From assembly GCA_963840145.1 (NCBI GenBank), contig CAWIXR010000005.1:94094-158093 (forward strand): a DNA stretch of 64,000 bases, in the 5' to 3' direction. The notes under the pieces are model-generated. The model did not search any database. It was given only the letters and a program-made list of their open reading frames with translations, and was not told the origin of the DNA. Position 1 is the stretch's first letter; every line of letters starts with the position of its first letter. The translations under genes were made by a program, and so were the position numbers. Shown one piece after another: positions 38,961 to 49,100 of this stretch. The DNA is from an uncultured Chloroflexia bacterium. Its GTDB lineage: Bacteria > Chloroflexota > Limnocylindria > QHBO01.

Positions 38961-39440
38961 ATGCCATCAGGCACCGCATTCATCAAGCACGAATTCGACG
39001 AGGCCATCGCGATCCAGCAGTCGATCGTGGAGTCCGGCAGCGCCCTCAGCACTGCGCACCCGGTCGCCGCCGTGAAGCGGCAGATCGCGTCGGACCTCAA
39101 GACCGACCGCCAGCACCTGACGAAGCTCCAGCAGTTCGGCAAGCCGTACGGGGCCGCCGGCAAGCGCGAGGACGTCGCGAAGTCGATGGGCGAGCTCGCC
39201 AGCGAGACGGCTCGGAAGGCCGGCAGCGACGAGAGTGAGGCCTACGAGGCGCACGCGGTCCTGCTGAGCCTGAAGCGAAAGCAGCAGGACTCGGCCGACG
39301 CGATGATCAAGATCGCGCGCGACCGCAAGGAGACCGATCTGCGCGACGCCGCCACGAAGATGAAGCGCGAGATCAAGTCGAGCGCCGACGACCTCGCCAA
39401 GAGCCTGGCCGACTTCGCCGTCCGCATCGCCTCGGCCTGA
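38961..39440 (+). CDS. hypothetical protein, possibly ferritin-like/DUF892-type
   Basis: 159-aa soluble alpha-helical protein. Weak family resemblance only. Confidence 0.4.
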   Translation: MPSGTAFIKHEFDEAIAIQQSIVESGSALSTAHPVAAVKRQIASDLKTDRQHLTKLQQFGKPYGAAGKREDVAKSMGELASETARKAGSDESEAYEAHAVLLSLKRKQQDSADAMIKIARDRKETDLRDAATKMKREIKSSADDLAKSLADFAVRIASA

Positions 39441-39516
39441 CCGACGGGGGACAATCGACCTAATCGGTTGAAGATCGCTCACAGGAAGCGCCTGCGGTGA
39501 GCGGCGAATAGAGCGT

Positions 39517-40368
39517 CTACTCGCGCTCGCCATCAAGAAGCCGATCGACGGCGCGCTGGTACTGCTCGTCAGTCAGCGCGCCGTCTTCGTGCAGCTCCTT
39601 CAGGCGCCGGATCTCCTTCGTCATCGCGCGGCTGGATCGATCCGGCCGCGGCGGCCCCGGAGGCGCATGCGGGCTGCCGAGCGGGAAGCCCTCGCCGAAG
39701 GTCTGCTCCAACGTGCCGAGGACGCGCGACTCGATCAGCTCGCGCGTGCGCCGCGCGAACTCGGACCGCCCGTCCTCCGACGCTGGCTCGTCCGGCATCG
39801 GCTCCGGATCGCCGGCCGATGGGCTCGGCGACGCCGAGACGCCGTCGATGACGAGCTCGAAGATCGGTTCCGGCCGGTCGATGTCCTTCAGCTGGCGATC
39901 GCCCAGTGACCGAAGCTCGCAGCCCTCGCCGAGGTCGCCGGCCACGATCGAGCGGGTCGTGTCCGACAGCAGCACCTGGCCGCCAGCTCCGGTCGCGGCG
40001 ATTCGCGAGGCGCGCACGACGTCGAGGCCGGTGTAGCCCTCGTCGCCGACCGCCGGCTCGCCGGTGTGCAGGCCGAGGCGGATGCGGACCTCGACACCAC
40101 CGGGCCACGATCCCTTGGCGTGGGCGCGCGTCACCTCGACTGCGGCAGCCACGGCCTGGCGGGCGCGGACGAAGGAGTAGAAGAAGGCATCGCCCTGGGT
40201 GTCGATCTCCTGGCCTTCGTGCGCGGCGAAGATGTCGCGCACGAGCCGCCGATGCACGGCAAGCAGTTGCCCGTATTCGGTGTCGCCGAGCTGCTTGAGC
40301 AGCGCCGTGCTGCCGGCGATGTCACTGAATACGAAGGTGACCGTTCCCGAGGGTAGCGTCACGCCCAT
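39517..40368 (-). CDS. class III adenylate/guanylate cyclase with C-terminal SHOCT motif
   Basis: Cyclase homology domain (FSDIAGST...GDAFF...GLHTGE) and C-terminal EIRRLKELHEDGALTDEQYQRAV. Confidence 0.8.
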   Translation of the reverse strand: MGVTLPSGTVTFVFSDIAGSTALLKQLGDTEYGQLLAVHRRLVRDIFAAHEGQEIDTQGDAFFYSFVRARQAVAAAVEVTRAHAKGSWPGGVEVRIRLGLHTGEPAVGDEGYTGLDVVRASRIAATGAGGQVLLSDTTRSIVAGDLGEGCELRSLGDRQLKDIDRPEPIFELVIDGVSASPSPSAGDPEPMPDEPASEDGRSEFARRTRELIESRVLGTLEQTFGEGFPLGSPHAPPGPPRPDRSSRAMTKEIRRLKELHEDGALTDEQYQRAVDRLLDGERE

Positions 40369-40401
40369 CGGGCCGATAGTACCCGTGGTGTCACTGAATC
40401 G

Positions 40402-41376
40402 GTGACGGTGGCGTTGCGACCCGGCCGGCGTCGGGGTAGGGTAGCGGTCCCGATGAGTCTTCCCAGGTCGCCATTCCGTAGCCGTGCCCGACGGAGGGTT
40501 GCCAACGTCCTGGGCGCCATCGTGCTGCTCGTCGCCGGCGTGGCGCCAGTCGCCGCGTACGATCCGGCCGACCTGTTCGAGCTCGAGCCGACGCCCTCGC
40601 CGCGCCCGACGCGGGTCGTTGAACCGCCCTCCCGCCCGTCGCCGCCGCCGGCCCCCACCCCGTCACCCAACCCCACGCCGAAAGCGCCGAGCCCGCTCGG
40701 CCTCGACGTGTCGTGGCCGCAGTGCAACGACGAGCTTCCGGAGTCGTTTGGCTTCGCGGTCGTCGGCGTCAATCGCGGCCGCACGTTCAGCGAGAACGAC
40801 TGCCTCGCCACCCAGCTCGAGTGGGCTGGCCGTGGCGCCGACTACTACCTCAACACCGGCAACCCAGGACCCGATCACTCGCGCTTCTGGCCGGTCGGCC
40901 AGTCGGACCCGGTCGCCTGCACCCGGCGCGAGGACGACACCCGTGATTGCGCCTACCTCTACGGCTGGAACGCCGCGGCCGATGGCTACGAGCGCGTGCT
41001 GGCTGCGCACGTCGCACTCGGCTGGGCCGAGGCGGGCGCAGACCGCGTCCCCGGCGACGCGACCTGGTGGCTGGACGTCGAGACCGCCAACAGCTGGCGC
41101 GGCGACCGCTCGCTGAACGTCGCCACACTCCACGGGGCGGTCGACTTCCTCGAGTCGATGGACGTCGCCGAGGTCGGCTTCTACTCGACGCCACTGCTGT
41201 GGTGGCGCGTCACCTTGGGCACGAACGACTTCGCCGACTACCCGGCCTGGCACGCGGGCGGACTCACCCGGGCCGGTGCGCAGGATCATTGCGAGCACGA
41301 TGCCTTCACCGGCGGCGAGCTGCGCATGGTCCAGTGGGTCGAGGACGGGCTCGACCGAAACCTGCGCTGCCCGTAA
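40402..41376 (+). CDS. secreted Rv2525c-like glycoside-hydrolase-fold (GH25-like/DUF1906) protein with Pro-rich linker
   Basis: Arg-rich, Tat-like signal. LGLDVSWPQCN...FAVVGVNRG resembles the DUF1906/Rv2525c family. Confidence 0.55.
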   Translation: MTVALRPGRRRGRVAVPMSLPRSPFRSRARRRVANVLGAIVLLVAGVAPVAAYDPADLFELEPTPSPRPTRVVEPPSRPSPPPAPTPSPNPTPKAPSPLGLDVSWPQCNDELPESFGFAVVGVNRGRTFSENDCLATQLEWAGRGADYYLNTGNPGPDHSRFWPVGQSDPVACTRREDDTRDCAYLYGWNAAADGYERVLAAHVALGWAEAGADRVPGDATWWLDVETANSWRGDRSLNVATLHGAVDFLESMDVAEVGFYSTPLLWWRVTLGTNDFADYPAWHAGGLTRAGAQDHCEHDAFTGGELRMVQWVEDGLDRNLRCP

Positions 41377-41386
41377 CGGGCTCGCG

Positions 41387-42664
41387 TCAGGCGGCCGGCG
41401 CCTCGGCGGCGGGCGTATCGGCCTCGTCGGCGGTGATCGGGTCGGACTTCGCGTTCTCGCGCCGCGCGAGCAGCGCGAACGGCAGGGCCAGCGCCTGGAT
41501 CCCGGCCGCCGCCAGGTACGACGTGCCGTAGCCGAACGCATCGGCCGTGCGACCGAGCACAGGCTGGATGACCACGCCGCCGGTCGAGCCCATCAGCGAG
41601 TCGAACGAGAGCACCGTCGCCCGCTGCTCGGAGGGGATCAGCGGGTTGATGAACGCGCGGCGCATCGGCTCCTCGATGGCGGCGATCACGCACCAGGTGA
41701 CCAGGATCACGAGCGCCACCACGAAGCTGTCGGTGAGGCCGATGCCGGCCAGCAGCAGCACGCTGCCCGCGGTGGCGAAGATGATGAAGTGGGTGCGGCG
41801 GCTGACGAAGCGTCGGACGAACGGCACCGCGAAGCCGCCGAGGATCTGGGCGCCGGCCACGATCGCCGCCGCCAGGCCGGCGATGCTGTACGCGTTCGGG
41901 TCGCCGTACAGCTCGAGCAGGTACGGCTGGAAGGCGTAGAAGGCGTAGAAGCCGACGCCCGTGCTGAACGGCGCGGCCAGCATCAGCCAGCGCACCGGCC
42001 GGTTGCGCAGGCCGCCGTCGACCGCACCCGTGACGACGTTGCGCACCGCCCTCACCGGGCTCGCCTCGCGATCAGGTTTGAAGCCGATGTCGTGCATGAA
42101 GCGCCACGCCACCAAGAGGGTGATCCCGAGCATCGCGGCCCGCACGATGTACGGCACGCCGAGGTCGGTGAGCTGCGCGATCACGCCGCCGAGGACCGTG
42201 CCGACGAGCATCGCACCGCCGCCCACCATCTGGGCGCGGCCGAAGACCGTCTCGAGGTCCTTCGTGTAGCCGGTCGCCGTCAGCGCGTCGACGAGCCAGG
42301 CCTCGGTGGCGCCCGAGAAGAAGGTGAACCCCAGCCCCAGCAGGGCCGATGCGATCGCCCAGCCCCAGAACGGCGCGCTCACGTTCCACATGTACAGGTA
42401 CAGCAGCGTCGAGAGCAGCAGCGTCGCCGCACCGAGGAGGAAGCTGAAGCGACGACCGCGGGTATCGGCGATGACGCCGGTCGGGACCTCGAAGATCACC
42501 TGGCCGACGCTGAAGAAGGCGTTCGCCGCGAAGGCCTCCGCGTTGCTCAGCCCGGCATCCAGCAGGAAGAGCGTGTTGACGCCCCAGATGAACGAGGCGG
42601 CCAGCGTCGTCAGCAGCGTCAGGACGAGGTAGACCCGCTGGACGGATCGGGCCGCATCGGTCAT
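41387..42664 (-). CDS. MFS transporter
   Basis: 425 aa, 12 TMS, with a DTRGRR-type loop motif. Confidence 0.8.
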   Translation of the reverse strand: MTDAARSVQRVYLVLTLLTTLAASFIWGVNTLFLLDAGLSNAEAFAANAFFSVGQVIFEVPTGVIADTRGRRFSFLLGAATLLLSTLLYLYMWNVSAPFWGWAIASALLGLGFTFFSGATEAWLVDALTATGYTKDLETVFGRAQMVGGGAMLVGTVLGGVIAQLTDLGVPYIVRAAMLGITLLVAWRFMHDIGFKPDREASPVRAVRNVVTGAVDGGLRNRPVRWLMLAAPFSTGVGFYAFYAFQPYLLELYGDPNAYSIAGLAAAIVAGAQILGGFAVPFVRRFVSRRTHFIIFATAGSVLLLAGIGLTDSFVVALVILVTWCVIAAIEEPMRRAFINPLIPSEQRATVLSFDSLMGSTGGVVIQPVLGRTADAFGYGTSYLAAAGIQALALPFALLARRENAKSDPITADEADTPAAEAPAA

Positions 42665-42673
42665 TCGGGCACT

Positions 42674-43090
42674 CTAATCCTGCTCCGGCGCTCTACCAAT
42701 CGACGCGCCATCGGTCGGTGCCGGGGACCGCTTCGTCAGGAGCATGCGCGCCGCGACGACGAGCAGCACGACGGCGAACAGGCGTTGGAGGAGCTGGTCG
42801 TCGATCGACAGCGCGGAGAGGCTGCCGATGGCCGCACCGATGATCCCGCCGGCGGCCACCATCGCCGCGTCGCGCACCACGAGCCGCCCGCGGCGGTAGT
42901 GCGTCAACGAGCCGGCAAGCGCGGCCGGGATGATGACCAGCAGCGAGGTGCCCTGCGCGACGTGCTGGTCGAAGCCCAGCAGCAGCACGAGGGCCGGCAC
43001 GATCAGGATGCCGCCACCGATCCCGAGCAGGCCTGCCAGGAAGCCCGCGGACAGGCCGATCGCCAGCAGCGCCAGCACGTTCTCGGGCAT
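42674..43090 (-). CDS. TauE/SafE (DUF81) family half-size membrane protein
   Basis: GIGGG motif. 4 TMS. Confidence 0.65.
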   Translation of the reverse strand: MPENVLALLAIGLSAGFLAGLLGIGGGILIVPALVLLLGFDQHVAQGTSLLVIIPAALAGSLTHYRRGRLVVRDAAMVAAGGIIGAAIGSLSALSIDDQLLQRLFAVVLLVVAARMLLTKRSPAPTDGASIGRAPEQD

Positions 43091-43461
43091 CAGCGCACCA
43101 GCAACGTGACGGCGACGACGATCAGAAAGACGGCGAAGACGCGCGCGAGGAGCACCTCGCTGAGCCGATGCATGAGCAGCGCGCCGGCCCGAACGCCAAC
43201 GAGGCTGCCCGCCGCAAGCACCACCGCCGCACCGATGTCGACGTTCGCGGCCTGGCCGAAGAGGATCGCGCCGACGATCGCGATCGGCACGATCGCCGCC
43301 AGCGAGGTCGTCTGCGCCCGATGCTGGCCGAGCCCCGCCATGACGAGCGCCGGGACCATGACCACGCCGCCGCCGATCCCGAGCAGCCCGCTGAGGATGC
43401 CCGCGCCGACGCCGATGGCGGCCAGCAGGAGTCGCGGAACCCCGCGTTCGTCGTCGGCCAT
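43090..43461 (-). CDS. TauE/SafE (DUF81) family half-size membrane protein
   Basis: GIGGG motif, 4 TMS. The stop overlaps the start of the downstream half. Confidence 0.65.
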   Translation of the reverse strand: MADDERGVPRLLLAAIGVGAGILSGLLGIGGGVVMVPALVMAGLGQHRAQTTSLAAIVPIAIVGAILFGQAANVDIGAAVVLAAGSLVGVRAGALLMHRLSEVLLARVFAVFLIVVAVTLLVR

Positions 43462-43488
43462 GCTGCGCCGCCGGTCAGGGCGTCGCGA

Positions 43489-43872
43489 CTACATCCCGCC
43501 GAAGAACTGGTTGATTCGCTCGGTGTCGTCCGAGAAGGCCCAGCGCTCGGTGATCTTCCCGTCCTTGACGTGATAGATCTCGGCCGTGCGGTACGTGAGC
43601 GACCGGTCTCCCATCGTGGCCGTCGCGGTCACCAGCGCCACCGCGTGCTCGTCGTTGGCGATCACGTCGTGGGTGTCGACGGTGATGCTGCCGCCCGATC
43701 CCATGCTCTGGTAGCGCTCCATGAGCGCCTGCTTGCCGCGGATTGGCTCGTCGCGGCCGATCTCGTGCCAGACGACGTCATCGGCGAGGTTGTCCACGGA
43801 GGCCTGCATGTCGCCGCGCTCCATGGCCTTTGCGGAGTCGCGGATCATCGCGGCGTTGGGATGGTCGGCCAT
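43489..43872 (-). CDS. NTF2/SnoaL-like family protein
   Basis: 127-aa alpha+beta cone-fold pattern. Confidence 0.55.
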   Translation of the reverse strand: MADHPNAAMIRDSAKAMERGDMQASVDNLADDVVWHEIGRDEPIRGKQALMERYQSMGSGGSITVDTHDVIANDEHAVALVTATATMGDRSLTYRTAEIYHVKDGKITERWAFSDDTERINQFFGGM

Positions 43873-44014
43873 GACGATGTCTCCTTCGTGTGAGCAGGAC
43901 GGGGACGTGATCGTAGCCTCCGCTCACCGCGGCTGGGAAGGGCCCAGCAGGCGCCGTTGATGCCGCCATCACGAATCGCGGGTAGAGTGCTGGCAACCCA
44001 CGAGGAGCCCAACC

Positions 44015-45679
44015 TTGACCGCCGTGACCCACGACGACCACGACCGCGCGCCGATCGAGCTGCCGCATCGCGTCCGCCTCGAGATCCTCGGCGCCGTCCT
44101 GCTCGGCATCTTCCTGGCGGCCCTCGACCAGACCATCGTCGGGACCGCGCTGCCGACGATCGTCACCGACCTCGAGGGCAACGACGTCTACGTGTGGGCG
44201 TTCACGGCGTACCTGCTCACCGCGACGGTGTCCGGGCCGCTGTACGGGAAGCTCTCCGACATCTTCGGCCGCCGCCCGATCTTCCTCTTCGGCGTGAGCG
44301 TCTTCCTGATCGGCTCGCTGCTGTGCGGCCTCTCCCAGGAGATGTGGCAGTTCCTGCTGTTCCGCGGCGTTCAGGGTCTCGGCGCCGGAGCGCTGTTCCC
44401 GATCGCGCTCGCGATCATCGGCGACATCTTCGCGCCGTCGGAGCGCGGCAAGTACCAGGGCTTCTTCGGCGCGGTCTTCGGCGTCAGCTCCCTGCTCGGC
44501 CCGGCCATCGGTGGACTGATCACCGACAACTTCGGCTGGCACTGGATCTTCTTCGTGAACCTCCCGATCGGTGCCGTCGTGCTGGTCGTGATCTCGCGCA
44601 CGCTGCCGACACGGCGGCTGGAGGACGCGGACCGGCACATCGACTACCTCGGCGCGGCGCTGCTGGTCGGCGCGCTCGTGCCGATTCTCATCGGCTTCAC
44701 GAACAAGCAGTTCGACGACTGGAGTGATCCCTCCGTCGGCGGGCTGATCCTGCTCGGCCTGGCCCTGGCCATTGCCTTTGTCTTCGCCGAGTCGCGCGCC
44801 CATGAGCCGATCGTTCCGCTGCGCCTCTTCCGCATCCGGACCTTCAGCGCCAGCGTGATGGCGATGTTCCTCGCAGCCATGGGCTTTTTCGCCGCGATCG
44901 TCTTCCTGCCCCGCTGGTTCCAGTTCGTGGCCGGTAGCTCGGCGACCGAGTCGGGCTATCAGATCCTGCCGCTGCTCGGCGGCCTGATCATCTCGGCTGT
45001 CGGCTCCGGCCAGCTCGTCGCGCGCACCGGCCGCTACAAGGCGCTGATCATCACCGCGCTGCTGCTGCTCGCCTTCGCGCTGTTCCTGCTGACCAACATC
45101 CGGCCCGACACGCCCCAGCCGCTCCTGTGGCTGTGGATGGCGCTGGCCGGCCTGGGCGTCGGACCGTCGTTCGCGGTCTTCACGCTGGCGGTGCAGAACG
45201 CCGTGCCGGTGCGCGACCTCGGAACCGGCACGAGCAGCCTGACCCTGTTCCAGCAGGTCGGCGGCACCGTCGGACTGGCGATCGCCGGCACGATCTTCGG
45301 CTCGACGCTGCTCGAGGAGACGCCCGCGCAGCTCGTGGAGGCCGGCGTCCCACCGGAGTTCGCCGACCAGTTCGCCAGCGCCGATGCGACCCAGTTCAAC
45401 GAGCTCACCAGCGTCGGCGACCTCGGCGCGGCGATCCTGGCGCAGGTGCCCGAGCAGTTCCAGGCGCAGGTCGAGCCGCTGATCCCGGCCATCGTCGAGG
45501 GGATCCACCAGGCGTTCTCGATCGCCACCGGCGCGACGTTCGTGGTCGGGATCGTGACCGCGCTGCTCGCGGCGCTGCTCGTCGCGGTGGTGATGCCGGC
45601 CGGAAAGATCGGCGAGCGTCAGGAGTCCGGCTGGCGCGCATCGGCCCCGAAGCCGGAGCCGCAGCCGGCCCTGGAGTAG
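44015..45679 (+). CDS. MFS transporter, DHA2 family, 14 TMS
   Basis: GKLSDIFGRRP motif and 14 hydrophobic segments. Confidence 0.8.
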   Translation: MTAVTHDDHDRAPIELPHRVRLEILGAVLLGIFLAALDQTIVGTALPTIVTDLEGNDVYVWAFTAYLLTATVSGPLYGKLSDIFGRRPIFLFGVSVFLIGSLLCGLSQEMWQFLLFRGVQGLGAGALFPIALAIIGDIFAPSERGKYQGFFGAVFGVSSLLGPAIGGLITDNFGWHWIFFVNLPIGAVVLVVISRTLPTRRLEDADRHIDYLGAALLVGALVPILIGFTNKQFDDWSDPSVGGLILLGLALAIAFVFAESRAHEPIVPLRLFRIRTFSASVMAMFLAAMGFFAAIVFLPRWFQFVAGSSATESGYQILPLLGGLIISAVGSGQLVARTGRYKALIITALLLLAFALFLLTNIRPDTPQPLLWLWMALAGLGVGPSFAVFTLAVQNAVPVRDLGTGTSSLTLFQQVGGTVGLAIAGTIFGSTLLEETPAQLVEAGVPPEFADQFASADATQFNELTSVGDLGAAILAQVPEQFQAQVEPLIPAIVEGIHQAFSIATGATFVVGIVTALLAALLVAVVMPAGKIGERQESGWRASAPKPEPQPALE

Positions 45680-45863
45680 CGCGACCTCGGCGTCGCCGGC
45701 GCGTGCTCCGATCCGTGCATTGAGCGATCGGCGTCAACCACGCCCAAAACGAGGTGGCCTACGTGAACCTCTCGATCCGCTCGGCCTCGCCTTCTTCGCA
45801 GGCGCGTTCCCGTCGGCGAAGGCGGGTTCGGGGTCCGCACCCGCTAGGCGACCGCGTCGGCGG

Positions 45864-46519
45864 TCAGTCCTGCTCGATGTCCACCGACTCGAGCACGGGC
45901 TCGGCCGCCGCGAGCGCCTCTTCCCAGCGCTCGATCGAGCCGCCGACCATGATGGCCAGCAGTCCCTCGTCGGCGTCGAAGAAGGCGATCCAGAGGCGCC
46001 GATCCGATTCGAGGGCGATCGTGCCCTGCGGCACACGCAGGAACTCGACCGCCTCGGTTCCGGCATTCTCCACCGTGATCTGGCTGCCCTCGAGGCCACC
46101 CATCTGCGACGTGCTGGTTTCGACGACCTCGAGGCCCGGGTTCGTCTCGAGGATCGCGGCCGCGTCGGCCGCATCGGCCGGCTCCTGCTCGCCGTCCTCG
46201 CCGTAGACGCCAATGGGTCGGGCGAACTGGACGGCGATGACGTGCGGGTCTGCGGCCGCGCCCTGCTGGATGGTGTAGTAGCCGTCGAAGATCTGGCGCC
46301 CGGACCACTGGTCATCGACCTCGAAGGTCACGCGCGGGGCGAAGTCGTGGCGCGTATAGCGCCCTGGGGCCAGGGTCGTGTCGCCGGTGTCGGTGATGTT
46401 CGCCACGCCGGACGGCAACGGAGACGGAGAGGGCGTGGGGGTCTCTCCCTCGGGATTCAGCATGTTGCCGCAGCCCGCCAGGATGACGAGACCCACCAGC
46501 AGGCCAATTCGACGCATCA
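45864..46519 (-). CDS. hypothetical lipoprotein
   Basis: MRRIGLLVGLVILAGC lipobox. The longer drawn ORF is spurious upstream of this ATG. Confidence 0.5.
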
Positions 46520-46677
46520 CGGGTAGATACTGCCATGCAGGGACCTTCCGTTCATTTCGCGCTCCGGCGACTGTCGTATCCGTGGATCGGTCACACGGCC
46601 GATGGCGACTGACTCCGCGCCCCGGAAACTCTCGGGCGAGGGAGACCACAAGCCATCATCCGAAGGAATTCAGACCG

Positions 46678-47142
46678 ATGTTCCGCAAGCTCACGCTCTC
46701 CGCCGTCATCGCCGCAACCGCGGTCCTGGCGCTCGCCCCCGCCGCCCTGGCCGCCGCGCCCAAGCCGAAGCCGCCGGTCGTCACCGTCGAGCCGATCAGC
46801 GACTACAACGTCCACTGGGAGTTCGACGGGACCGTCGTCCAGACCTGGACCGCCGGCACGCGCAAGTTCGTCAGCTATTCCACCGGACGTCTCGACGTGA
46901 CCGAGACCTACACGATGGACCAGACCGCCACGAAGGGCGAGATGCTCGTCTACAACAGCTCCGCGAGGATCACGTCACGCCATGTCTCGCAGGGGAACTT
47001 CACGATCCTCTACTCGGTCACCTCGCACACCGACATGCTGTGGGGCGACGGTCGCGACTGCGACATCGACTCGCGCCTGCTGGTCTCCCGCAACAACATG
47101 ATCATCAACGAGCAGATCGGTCCCGTCTGCACCACCCCGTAA
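46678..47142 (+). CDS. hypothetical secreted protein
   Basis: Signal peptide (AALAAAP). 154 aa. Confidence 0.5.
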   Translation: MFRKLTLSAVIAATAVLALAPAALAAAPKPKPPVVTVEPISDYNVHWEFDGTVVQTWTAGTRKFVSYSTGRLDVTETYTMDQTATKGEMLVYNSSARITSRHVSQGNFTILYSVTSHTDMLWGDGRDCDIDSRLLVSRNNMIINEQIGPVCTTP

Positions 47143-47243
47143 CGCTCACGCCCAGACCGATGACGCCCGCGTCCGCGCGGGCGTCATCGGTTCCTGACCG
47201 GAACCGGCATGATGCCCGGCGCAGAATACGGGGCGTGAACGCG

Positions 47244-47888
47244 GCTCCCGACGGCATCACCCTCGAGCCCGATGGCATCCCCCGCTGCTGGTGGGGCGCC
47301 GGCGACGAGCTCTATCGGCCCTACCACGACCACGAGTGGGGGAGGCCGGTCGCCGACGATCGGCGCCTCTTCGAGAAGCTCAGCCTGGAGGGCTTCATGT
47401 CCGGCCTCTCCTGGCTCACGATCCTGCGCAAGCGCGAGAATTTCCGCGCCGCCTTCGCGGGCTTCGAGATCGCGACCGTCGCATCCTTCGGTACCGATGA
47501 CGTCGACCGCCTCATGGCCGATGCGGGCATCGTGCGCCACCGCGGGAAGATCGAGGCGACCATCAACAACGCCCGCCGCTGCGGGGAGCTGCGCGACGAG
47601 TTCGGCAGCCTCGCGGCCTACGCCTGGTCCTACGAGCCAGACCCCGCGTCGCGGCCCTCGATCCTCGATCGCGAGGCGCTCATGCAGCTGCCGACGAGCC
47701 CGGAATCGGTGGCGATGAGCAAGGACCTCCGGCGTCGCGGCTGGTCCTTCGTCGGGCCGACGACCGTGTACTCGTTCATGGAGTCGATGGGCATCGTCAA
47801 CGACCACCTCGAGGGCTGCTTCGCGCGCCCCGAAGTGGAAGGGGAACGGGCTTCCTTCACGCGACCCGGGTATTCCCTGGGTGACTGA
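47244..47888 (+). CDS. tag: DNA-3-methyladenine glycosylase I
   Basis: RCWW...YHDHEWG...LSLEGFMSGLSW motifs of Tag. GTG start. Confidence 0.85.
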   Translation, partial: APDGITLEPDGIPRCWWGAGDELYRPYHDHEWGRPVADDRRLFEKLSLEGFMSGLSWLTILRKRENFRAAFAGFEIATVASFGTDDVDRLMADAGIVRHRGKIEATINNARRCGELRDEFGSLAAYAWSYEPDPASRPSILDREALMQLPTSPESVAMSKDLRRRGWSFVGPTTVYSFMESMGIVNDHLEGCFARPEVEGERASFTRPGYSLGD

Positions 47889-47989
47889 AGCGGCCACTTC
47901 TTGGCCGATACACGCACTGGGGGAATAGCCACGGCGCCGACCTCGATTCGCGGTCTGGGCGGACTGGCGGTGCCACGGATAATGGCGCC

Positions 47990-48805
47990 ATGCCGGAGCT
48001 CGAGACGCGACAGCCACTGCCACCCAACGAGGCGGACGAGGACCACTGGCGAACGTTCCTGGAGCACCCGGACTCGCTGATGGGGGTCGGCCGGCGCATC
48101 TTCAGCCGGCTACCCGCCAACCCGCGCTGTCAGCTGTGTGCGTCACCCTTCACCGGTGCCGGCGGTGCGGTCATGCGCACGATCGGGAAGCGGCAGTCGG
48201 CGGTGAATCCGAACATGTGCACGACCTGTGAGCGCCAGCTGCTGAAGCGACGCGGCGGGGCCGAGGTCGAGGCGTCGACCCTCTTCGCCGACATCCGTGG
48301 CTCGACGGAGCTCGGAGAACGCCTCTCGCCGGCGGACTTCCGTGCGACGCTCAACCGCTACTACACGGTCGCCTCGGACGTCGTGTTCGCGAACGGCGGC
48401 CTGGTCGACAAGTTCGTGGGCGACGAGCTGGTGGCTGCCTTTCCACCGTTCCTCGGCGCCAATCACGTCGAGCGGGCCATCGAGGCGGCTCGCGCACTGC
48501 TTCGCGAGACCGGACACGAGGATCCGGCCGGGCCCTGGGTCCCGGTCGGTGCGGGCGTGCATACGGGCCGGCTGTGGTTCGGGACGGTCGGCGCGGGCAG
48601 CTTCGTGGAGATCACTGTCCTGGGGGACGTGGTCAACACGACGGCGAGGATCGCGGCGGCTGCCGAGGCCGGCGAGATCCTCGTCTCAGCCGAAGCCGCG
48701 AACGCCGCGGGGCTCGATGGCGCCCTCGATCGGCGAAGCCTGGAGCTGAAGGGCAAGGAGCTTCCGACCGAGGTGGTGAGCGTCCGAGTCGGAGCGGGAG
48801 GCTAG
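47990..48805 (+). CDS. class III adenylate/guanylate cyclase with N-terminal zinc-ribbon
   Basis: CxxC...CxxC N-terminus, followed by a cyclase homology domain (FADIRGST, GDELVA, GVHTG). Confidence 0.8.
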   Translation: MPELETRQPLPPNEADEDHWRTFLEHPDSLMGVGRRIFSRLPANPRCQLCASPFTGAGGAVMRTIGKRQSAVNPNMCTTCERQLLKRRGGAEVEASTLFADIRGSTELGERLSPADFRATLNRYYTVASDVVFANGGLVDKFVGDELVAAFPPFLGANHVERAIEAARALLRETGHEDPAGPWVPVGAGVHTGRLWFGTVGAGSFVEITVLGDVVNTTARIAAAAEAGEILVSAEAANAAGLDGALDRRSLELKGKELPTEVVSVRVGAGG

Positions 48806-49002
48806 CGCCGGCGACGACGATGGCCGAGGTGCCACCGGTCGCAGAAGCGGCAGTGGTACGGGGTCACCGAGCCGTCGAAGCGCCGGTTGTGGGACGCGCT
48901 GCGCGCCTCGCCGCGGCTGACGTAGACGACCTTCGACTCGCAGGCGCGGACCCGCAGCGGCAAGTCGCGGTTGATGAACTGGCGGTAGTCGACGACGGGC
49001 AT
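48802..49002 (-). CDS. hypothetical small Cys/His-containing protein
   Basis: 66-aa ORF with a HCRFCDRWHLGH motif. It overlaps the cyclase stop by 4 nt on the opposite strand. Confidence 0.35.
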   Translation of the reverse strand: MPVVDYRQFINRDLPLRVRACESKVVYVSRGEARSASHNRRFDGSVTPYHCRFCDRWHLGHRRRRR

Positions 49003-49100
49003 GGCCCGATCGTGCGCATCGGTCGCGACAGCTCAGGCGTCGTGTTGGGCAACGGCGGTATTGACGCAACGCACCACAGGGTCCTAACTGCACGCCACGC

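Noticed and set aside
43090-43092. Possible frameshift splitting a single TauE/SafE gene
   Set aside because: The two halves are in different frames and are separated by a clean stop/start overlap. Each half has its own GIGGG motif and start codon, so a genuine two-gene arrangement is more parsimonious. It is kept as a low-interest finding.
46602-47243. Long N-terminal extension of the Tag glycosylase ORF (track start 46602)
   Set aside because: The upstream portion overlaps the secreted-protein gene 46678-47142 in another frame and is Arg-rich. Tag homology begins at the GTG at 47244.
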